Position numbers and translations under genes: made by a program. This document shows positions 55,753-62,031 of a stretch of DNA of 62,031 bases, in pieces. The notes under the pieces are model-generated. The model was given only the letters and a program-made list of their open reading frames with translations. It was not told where the DNA came from and made no database searches. This stretch comes from Candidatus Manganitrophaceae bacterium (GTDB taxonomy: Bacteria > Nitrospirota > Nitrospiria > SBBL01 > JAADHI01): positions 1 through 62,031 of the forward strand of contig JAADHI010000108.1 of the NCBI GenBank assembly GCA_013151935.1, read 5' to 3'. How positions within the stretch are numbered: the stretch's first letter is position 1; each line of letters starts with the position of its first letter.

Positions 55753-57062
55753 CCAGGTTTTGTCAGTCCGAGCAAGAGATTCATAAAATCAGGAAAAGAA
55801 GTCTTGATACAGGCCATATCATCGATTTGATTTCCACCTTCGGCAAGTAAACCCGCAATTACCAGTGACATCGCAATACGATGATCTCCGGCCGTTTTAC
55901 AAAAAACCCCTTTCCACTTGGGATTTCCAGTAATCGCCATACCATCAGGAAAGGTTTCGACAGCGATACCCATCCCACTTAAGGCAGAGGCCATCATTTC
56001 GATACGATCACTTTCTTTCACACGTAACTCTGCCGCTTCCCGAAAAACAGTTCGACCTTCTGCACGTGCCGCCGCGATGCAAAGAATGGGAAATTCATCC
56101 AGCGCAGCCGTCATTAAAGCCCCTTCAACAACACAGCCTTTTAAGGGAGCAGCACGCACCTTAAGATCCGCAACAGGCTCATTTCCTGTGGTCTTACGAA
56201 GAGCAAGGTCAATATCGGCACCCATTTTTTTGAGAATGTTTAATACGGCCGCCCGTGTTGGATTTACACCGACATTGCATAACTTAATTTCAGAACCCGG
56301 AATAATCGATCCGGCTACGAGAAAAAAGGCCGCAGAAGAAATATCACCCGGCACCTCAATGGTTCGTCCAGCAAAATCAGCCCCCCCGCTAACACTCAGC
56401 GCATTGCCTTCTTTTTTAAAAGAAATGCCAAAAGACTGGAACATGCGCTCCGTGTGATCACGACAAGGCCCCGGCTCAATAACCGTCGTTGTCCCCGACA
56501 CCCTGAGGCCTGCCAATAAAATGGCGGATTTAACCTGCGCACTGGCAATGGGCAATTTATATTCAATGGGAGAAAGGGCTGTGCCGGAAATGGCCAAGGG
56601 GGCTTTGTTTCCATTGGCACGGGCATGAATTTCTCCCCCCATCTCTCGAATGGGTTTCATAACGCGGGCCATAGGACGTAAACGCAACGAAGCGTCTCCC
56701 GTTAAAACACTGAAAAAGGGCTGAGCAGAAAGCAGCCCTGTCATCAGTCGCATAGTTGTCCCTGAATTACCACAATCGATGACATTTTCAGGCTCTGCCA
56801 ATCCTTGCAAACCCTTTCCATGCACAACGAGACAGGGAATACCCCCCTCTGATTCAGAAGAAATACGGATACCCATGGTCTTAAATGCCCTGAGTGTTGC
56901 CTCACAATCTTCGGAAGGCAGATAACCCAGAATTCGGCTAGGCCCCTGGGCCAATGCGGAAAGGATAATGGCACGATGGGTAATGGATTTATCACCCGGA
57001 ATTAAAATTTCACCCCGCAAGGGATTTATTTTTGTAACACTGGATTGGGTATCCCCGCTCAT
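55749..57062 (-). CDS. aroA: 3-phosphoshikimate 1-carboxyvinyltransferase (EPSP synthase)
   Basis: 437 aa with PGDKSITHRA and GNSGTTMRL. Confidence 0.95.
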   Translation of the reverse strand: MSGDTQSSVTKINPLRGEILIPGDKSITHRAIILSALAQGPSRILGYLPSEDCEATLRAFKTMGIRISSESEGGIPCLVVHGKGLQGLAEPENVIDCGNSGTTMRLMTGLLSAQPFFSVLTGDASLRLRPMARVMKPIREMGGEIHARANGNKAPLAISGTALSPIEYKLPIASAQVKSAILLAGLRVSGTTTVIEPGPCRDHTERMFQSFGISFKKEGNALSVSGGADFAGRTIEVPGDISSAAFFLVAGSIIPGSEIKLCNVGVNPTRAAVLNILKKMGADIDLALRKTTGNEPVADLKVRAAPLKGCVVEGALMTAALDEFPILCIAAARAEGRTVFREAAELRVKESDRIEMMASALSGMGIAVETFPDGMAITGNPKWKGVFCKTAGDHRIAMSLVIAGLLAEGGNQIDDMACIKTSFPDFMNLLLGLTKPG

Positions 57063-57919
57063 TGCGTGGCTTGCTCACGAATATCGTTTGCACGTTTAAA
57101 TATTTCGACAAGCCCCTCACCATCATCACTCAGGATCTTCTTTTTGATGGTTTCGATCGTCTCTTGATAGGTGTCGATACTTTCAATAATAGATTTTTTA
57201 TTGGATAAAAAAATGTCACGCCACATTTCAGGAGAGCTGGCCGCAATGCGTGTAAAATCGCGTAAACCTCCCGCTGAATATTCAACGGGACTCAAACCTG
57301 AGATACAAGGATGCATCAGTGTTTCCATCAGCGCATAGGCCACAACATGGGGGAGATGACTGACAAAACTTAAAATACGGTCATGATCATACGGGTCTGC
57401 TTCTGAAACATTTGCCCCCACCGAGGTCCAAAGTGCGGCGACTTTGCACAAAGCATCCCGATTTGTCTTAATATTTGGCGTTAAAATCACCCGACAGCCC
57501 TTATAAAGCACACCTGTTGCAGCCATAATACCTGATTTTTCACGACCTGCAATGGGATGTCCACCGACAAAATGAACGTCTTCTGGCAACAAAGCGCTTA
57601 ATTTTTCGACAAAATCACCTTTCACACTTCCAGCATCGGTTACAATCGTTCCGGGTTGTAAATGAGGGCCAATAAGTCGACAAAGGCTCTCAAATGTTCC
57701 AACGGGCGTAGCAAGCAGCACAAGCTCCGCGTCTTTCACCGCCTTGGAAAGTGTCAAACAATAGCGGTCAATGGCATTGATCGTAACAGCTTTATGTAAC
57801 GCACCCCGACGACGGCCATAACCCACAATCGTTTTTATATTTTTTTTCTTTTTGAGGGCGAGCCCGAGCGAACCACCAATTAATCCCACACCAATAATGG
57901 TGATTTGCTTAAATAACAC
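57059..57919 (-). CDS. tyrA: Prephenate dehydrogenase
   Basis: GVGLIGGS Rossmann motif and HPIAGREKSG. Confidence 0.88.
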   Translation of the reverse strand: MLFKQITIIGVGLIGGSLGLALKKKKNIKTIVGYGRRRGALHKAVTINAIDRYCLTLSKAVKDAELVLLATPVGTFESLCRLIGPHLQPGTIVTDAGSVKGDFVEKLSALLPEDVHFVGGHPIAGREKSGIMAATGVLYKGCRVILTPNIKTNRDALCKVAALWTSVGANVSEADPYDHDRILSFVSHLPHVVAYALMETLMHPCISGLSPVEYSAGGLRDFTRIAASSPEMWRDIFLSNKKSIIESIDTYQETIETIKKKILSDDGEGLVEIFKRANDIREQATQ

Positions 57920-57955
57920 ACAAACTCCTAAACACAGACAAAGATAACCCGATCC

Positions 57956-58969
57956 TCATATACTGCGATCTACAGCCGCTGCCACCCGTTTCAAATCAAC
58001 AACAAGAGACTTAAAGTCATGCGGTAACATGGCCTGATCGCCATCACAAAAGGCTTCCATTGGGTTGGAATGAACCTCAATCATCAAGCCATCCGCACCC
58101 GCGGCAACAGCAGCCTTGGCCATGGCAGGAATTAAGCTTGTTTTTCCAACAGCATGACTGGGATCAACAATAATCGGAAGATGGGTGAGTTTTTTGAGTA
58201 CGGGGATGGCTGAAAGATCGAGTGTATTTCGTGTTGCAGTCTCAAAAGTCCGAATCCCTCGTTCACAGAGCATGACTTGGTCATTTCCCTCAGAAAGGAT
58301 GTATTCTGCGGAAAGCAAAAACTCTTTAATCGTCGCAGAAAGTCCTCGTTTCAACATAACGGGTTTGTTTTGTTTTCCAGCTTCCGACAGCAAACGAAAA
58401 TTTTGCATATTTCGTGCACCGATTTGGATGATGTCCGCATGTTTAATGATCATGGGCATATCTCGCGGGTCCATAATTTCGGTAATCACGGGCAATCCTG
58501 TTTGCTTTTTTGCAGCTGCCAGAAACTCTAAACCCTCTTCCCCAAGTCCCTGAAATGAATATGGAGAAGTCCGTGGTTTAAAAGCACCACCACGTAAAAT
58601 ACTTGCGCCTGCCGCCTTGACCTCTGAGGCAATACCCGACAACAAATCCTGAGTTTCAACGGAGCAAGGCCCCGCCATCATCACAATTTGCCCCCCCCCG
58701 ATTTTGACACCATCCACATCAATGATCGTATCTTCTTTTTTAAATTCCCGGCTGACCAATTTGTAAGGCGAAAGAATAGGCAAAGCCTTTTCAACCCCTG
58801 GAATGGCTGAAAGCGTCTGCTGCTGGAGTTTCCGTTCATCCCCAATCACAGCAATGACCGTGCGCTCTTTCCCAATCAAGACATGGGGAGAAAGACCCGC
58901 ATCCTCAATGGTTCCAACAATACGTTCTCTTTCTTCTTCCGAAGTTCCTGGTTTTAATACAATAATCAT
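57956..58969 (-). CDS. aroF: 3-deoxy-7-phosphoheptulonate (DAHP) synthase, type I-beta with an N-terminal ferredoxin-like regulatory domain
   Basis: N-terminal [13 protein letters not shown].. domain, then [11 protein letters not shown] and the IVDPSH motif. Confidence 0.9.
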   Translation of the reverse strand: MIIVLKPGTSEEERERIVGTIEDAGLSPHVLIGKERTVIAVIGDERKLQQQTLSAIPGVEKALPILSPYKLVSREFKKEDTIIDVDGVKIGGGQIVMMAGPCSVETQDLLSGIASEVKAAGASILRGGAFKPRTSPYSFQGLGEEGLEFLAAAKKQTGLPVITEIMDPRDMPMIIKHADIIQIGARNMQNFRLLSEAGKQNKPVMLKRGLSATIKEFLLSAEYILSEGNDQVMLCERGIRTFETATRNTLDLSAIPVLKKLTHLPIIVDPSHAVGKTSLIPAMAKAAVAAGADGLMIEVHSNPMEAFCDGDQAMLPHDFKSLVVDLKRVAAAVDRSI

Positions 58970-59016
58970 TTGTATTCTCCTAAAATCTTAAAGGTGATTT
59001 TTCCTCATTTTAAACT

Positions 59017-60099
59017 TCAGATTATACACCTTAAAGCATTGATAAATCTCTTATTTTCATGTTGTCGTCCTATCGTAACTCGAAGAGACGGCCCACCCAA
59101 ATGCCGAATGATAACCCCTTGTTTTAAAAGTGCATTTTGAATCTGTGCTCCTGTAGGCGACGACTTGCCTTGCAAATAAAAATAGATAAAATTTGCCTGT
59201 GACGGGAAATAAGATAGCCCCATTAGATCAAATTGGCGAGAAAGATAACGTTTACCTTTTTCATTCATTGCTCGGGAGTCCTGAAAATGACCTTCATCTG
59301 AAAGGGCAGCCAAGGCCCCCACTTGCGCGGGTAGATTGCTATTAAAGGGCTGACGAACGCGGTTCAAATAGCCAATAATTTTCGGGTGACTGATCCCATA
59401 ACCGATACGAAGACCTGCCAAACCATAAATTTTTGAAAAGGTGCGCAGTAGAATAATCGGCGCGCCTTTTCTCAGAAGGGAGAATGCATCAGGATAATTC
59501 TCATCGGTAACATATTCGGCATAGGCCTCATCAAAAACCACGAGCACATCTTTTGGAATTTTAGACAAAAAAGCATCGACTTCGCTTTTTCCGACAATGG
59601 TGCCTGTTGGGTTATTGGGATTACAGACAAAAACCAACTTGGTTTTTTCGGTAACGGCTTTTGCCATACGCGGAAGGTCATGAACACCTTCAATCAATGG
59701 TACTTCGACAGATTTCCCATGTCCGGCCTGAACAATCAAACGGTAAACGGAGAAACTCGGATGGGCGATCACAACCTCATCACCCGGCATCACAAAAGTG
59801 CGAATCAAGAGCTCAATGATCTCATTTGAGCCATTCCCTAATACGATCTGGTTTTGCTCAACTTTGTAATGCGAAGCCAAAGCGTCCTTCAGAGAAAAAC
59901 CGGCACCGTCAGGATAACGACCAACTTCCTTTAAGGCCTTGCGAATTGCATGCAGCGCCTTTTTTGAAGGGCCCAATGGGTTTTCATTCGATGCTAACTT
60001 GATCGAATCCATAATGCCTAATTCGCGTTCTAATTCAGCAATAGGCTTACCCGGGCTGTAAGGTTTGATCTGTGATATGTCTTTGCTCACCTTGATCAT
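59017..60099 (-). CDS. hisC: Histidinol-phosphate / aromatic aminotransferase (class II)
   Basis: 360 aa with LASNENPLGPS and the PLP-Lys context RTFSKIYGLAGLRIGY. Confidence 0.9.
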   Translation of the reverse strand: MIKVSKDISQIKPYSPGKPIAELERELGIMDSIKLASNENPLGPSKKALHAIRKALKEVGRYPDGAGFSLKDALASHYKVEQNQIVLGNGSNEIIELLIRTFVMPGDEVVIAHPSFSVYRLIVQAGHGKSVEVPLIEGVHDLPRMAKAVTEKTKLVFVCNPNNPTGTIVGKSEVDAFLSKIPKDVLVVFDEAYAEYVTDENYPDAFSLLRKGAPIILLRTFSKIYGLAGLRIGYGISHPKIIGYLNRVRQPFNSNLPAQVGALAALSDEGHFQDSRAMNEKGKRYLSRQFDLMGLSYFPSQANFIYFYLQGKSSPTGAQIQNALLKQGVIIRHLGGPSLRVTIGRQHENKRFINALRCII

Positions 60100-60105
60100 A
60101 TTTAA

Positions 60106-61197
60106 CTATTGCACCTGATGTTCTTTCGCCATCGGATAAGAACCGAGTACCTTAATAGAGACCATCTGGGAAGTCAGATCTTCCAAGGCTTTTTGTATGC
60201 CCAGATCATCGATATGTCCCAACATATCGATGTGAAAGAGGTATTCCCAAGCCTTCCTTTTAGAAGGACGCGAACCAATTTTTGACAAATTGATTTGTTG
60301 TTTTGAAAAATGACGTAAAATTTTATAAAGTGCGCCCGGGGAATCTTGAATGGAGACGATAATCGAAGTTTTATCCGCGCCACTGGGTTTATTTTTCTTT
60401 TTCGAAATAATCAAAAAACGTGTGCTATTTTCGGTGCTGTCCTCAATCCGTTTCTGCAAGGTCGGAATATCATAAATGCGGCCCGCAGCTTCTGAAGCGA
60501 TTGCCGCAGATGTGGGATCACTTTGAGAAAGTTCGGCTGCTTTTGCCGTACTTGAGACACTGCTTAAGATCACATCTGGCAAATTTTCATCGAGAAAATG
60601 TTTGCACTGTCCAATCGCTTGAGAATGAGAATAAACCTGTTTTACATCGGCAAACGTCTTGGCTTTTGAGAGCAAATGATGGGTCACATCCAGTACAATT
60701 TCGCCAAAAATATTCAAGGGTGATTCTGCAAAAAGATCAAGCGTGCGTGTCACAACACCCTCTGTTGAGTTTTCGATTGGAACCACACCAAAATCAGACA
60801 AGCCTTTTTCGACCTCGTGAAACACCTCTTTAATGCTAGCAACTGCACGGTCGGTCACAGAAACGCCGAAATGAGCCAAACACGCCAGATGCGTAAACGT
60901 GGCTTTTGGCCCAAGATAAGCCACCTTAATCGGCTCTTGCAGGGCATGGGACGCAGAGATAATCTCACGAAAAATCAGAGAGATCGTTTGTGTGTCAAAG
61001 GGACCCTGATTCAATTTTGCTAAACGATCATAAATTCGCTTCTCCCGCGAAGGATCATACAGATCCGATTTTTGAGCGCGTTTTGCCTGACCCACTTCTA
61101 AGGCGATCTCCCCTCGTTTACTCAGCAGTTCTAGAAATTGCTCATCAATCCGATCAATTTCTTTTCGATACTGCGCCAGCAGATCCATTTGAGTCAA
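60106..61197 (-). CDS. pheA: Bifunctional chorismate mutase / prephenate dehydratase (P-protein)
   Basis: An N-terminal CM_2 helix pair, a PDT domain and a C-terminal ACT domain (ESRPS-like GSRPSK). Confidence 0.92.
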   Translation of the reverse strand: MTQMDLLAQYRKEIDRIDEQFLELLSKRGEIALEVGQAKRAQKSDLYDPSREKRIYDRLAKLNQGPFDTQTISLIFREIISASHALQEPIKVAYLGPKATFTHLACLAHFGVSVTDRAVASIKEVFHEVEKGLSDFGVVPIENSTEGVVTRTLDLFAESPLNIFGEIVLDVTHHLLSKAKTFADVKQVYSHSQAIGQCKHFLDENLPDVILSSVSSTAKAAELSQSDPTSAAIASEAAGRIYDIPTLQKRIEDSTENSTRFLIISKKKNKPSGADKTSIIVSIQDSPGALYKILRHFSKQQINLSKIGSRPSKRKAWEYLFHIDMLGHIDDLGIQKALEDLTSQMVSIKVLGSYPMAKEHQVQ

Positions 61198-61441
61198 AAA
61201 AACACCTCGCTAAGAGAAATCCTGAAATGGTACCGTATTTTTAGCAGATATTCAACTAAAACAAAGACTTAAACTTTATCATTTTTCAAAATCAAAAACG
61301 AGAACGCCCCCCAGGAGCCCGTCTGAGAAATCGGGGTTATAGAAATTAAGGTAAACACGAGGGCATGTCGACACACTCTCGAATCGAGCCGGGGCTGGAA
61401 TTTGGCCAAAAGTCGAGAGAGTAACTTGAAATCAAGCACTT

Positions 61442-62031
61442 GTGGGATCGGAAATTGAGGTTTATTTAGATACGGGAGAAAATCCAACTATCTTTTTATC
61501 TATCCTCTCCTGTCTTTCTAATGAAGTTGTAAATTTCCATTTTCTGGGCCGTTTAAAATCCATATTGCTAGAAAAAGGTCTGATCTATTTTTCTGGAGAA
61601 GCCTTTGTAAAAAAATATCAACCGAATCGGAAAATAAAGGAAGTTCCATGTGTATAAATACAGGCCTATCGACCAAAACTGAAGGCATTGTCTGGAATAA
61701 TAACCCTGTTATTTTGGAAGCGTATTTCCGTTATGCTTATCGAAGTACTTGTCCTATCGATTTGAGGGGAATGAAAAACGCCGAGACAAGATAAAACGTG
61801 TCAAAGTTGCGAACAGAAAACACTCTTCAGAAAAAGCAAAAATCCAAGGCGGATCACAGGATGGCCGGAAGAAGGGTCGATAGATCGGATATAACAACAT
61901 CCTGAAATCATGAAAAAGCGAAAGGCAATCGTAGAACACCCCTTTGGAACGATAAAGTTTTGGAATCACCAAAACGCATTTTTGATGCGAGGTCTTGAGA
62001 AAGTTCGGGCCGAATTTAGTCTCTCAACACT
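61442..62031 (+). pseudogene. IS1182/IS5-type DDE transposase remnant, multiply disrupted, running off the window edge
   Basis: The last 120 nt read KKRKAIVEHPFGTIKFWNHQNAFLMRGLEKVRAEFSLST, a typical IS1182-family C terminus. Upstream frames hold only stop-interrupted fragments. Confidence 0.6.

Noticed and set aside
1-62031. A search by eye for CRISPR arrays, rRNA, tRNA, group II introns, retron/DGR reverse transcriptases and prophage blocks.
   Set aside because: No regularly spaced direct repeats, rRNA/tRNA signatures, RT motifs (YxDD) or phage structural genes were seen. The absence is based on manual inspection only and should be confirmed with the usual tools.

Overview
This 62-kb chromosomal window comes from a Gram-negative, flagellated bacterium. 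Gene order resembles Deltaproteobacteria or Nitrospirae-type genomes, but the taxon cannot be fixed from sequence alone. All calls come from reading the ORF translations and the DNA by eye. No database search was run, and hand-counted motif coordinates may be off by 1-2 nt.

Layout:
- 1-0.6 kb: the tail of a ParE/RelE toxin gene butted against a truncated IS3/IS407-like element.
- 1-13 kb: an orphan propeller/zinc-ribbon membrane protein, a frameshifted DAACS symporter, lspA-ileS, cca, a DUF3179 / His-rich protein pair, queG and a HAD hydrolase.
- 13-23 kb (accessory-looking): higBA, a class-C-type serine hydrolase, a sigma54-driven HExxH / CPBP-protease operon, DUF2059, a PEP-CTERM protein and a PrsT-like TPR lipoprotein.
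- 23-28 kb: ttuA plus a ThiS-like carrier, then sigma54-driven narK followed by a PP2C-Ser/Thr kinase fusion, then yjbQ.
- 28.2-31.1 kb: a decaying islet holding a REP-like hairpin, a RAYT remnant, a frameshifted and 3'-truncated FG-GAP/DUF1080 gene, and an IS3 remnant.
- 31-40 kb: HxlR-SCP2 regulator plus KefB-like antiporter, an orphan P-loop/wHTH ATPase with a divergent small ORF, and a minus-strand operon cvfB-ytoQ-purT-(HEPN-like Rx4H protein)-RmlD-like reductase-GLYK-like kinase.
- 40.4-42.4 kb: an uncharacterised three-gene haem module (TM-anchored pentahaem cytochrome c, DUF3365-like monohaem c, and a small membrane protein with two H-x13-H pairs).
- 42.5-49.1 kb: midA, a secreted gluzincin lipoprotein, and flgF(frameshifted)-flgG-flgA-flgH behind a sigma54 promoter.
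- 49.4-61.2 kb: msrAB and a conserved housekeeping run, pheA-hisC-aroF-tyrA-aroA-cmk-plsC-ispH-rpsA-sppA-ihfB.
- 61.4 kb to the end: a decayed IS1182-like remnant.

No rRNA, tRNA or CRISPR array was seen.

The best candidates for something undescribed are:
- the c-type/b-type haem module at 40.4-42.4 kb;
- the sigma54 promoter + leader terminator + HExxH/CPBP operon beside the PEP-CTERM genes;
- the HEPN-like gene embedded in the purT operon;
- the orphan ATPase locus with a perfect palindromic operator.

None of these is proven. Three conserved genes carry single frameshifts, so either the genome is decaying or the assembly has indel errors.
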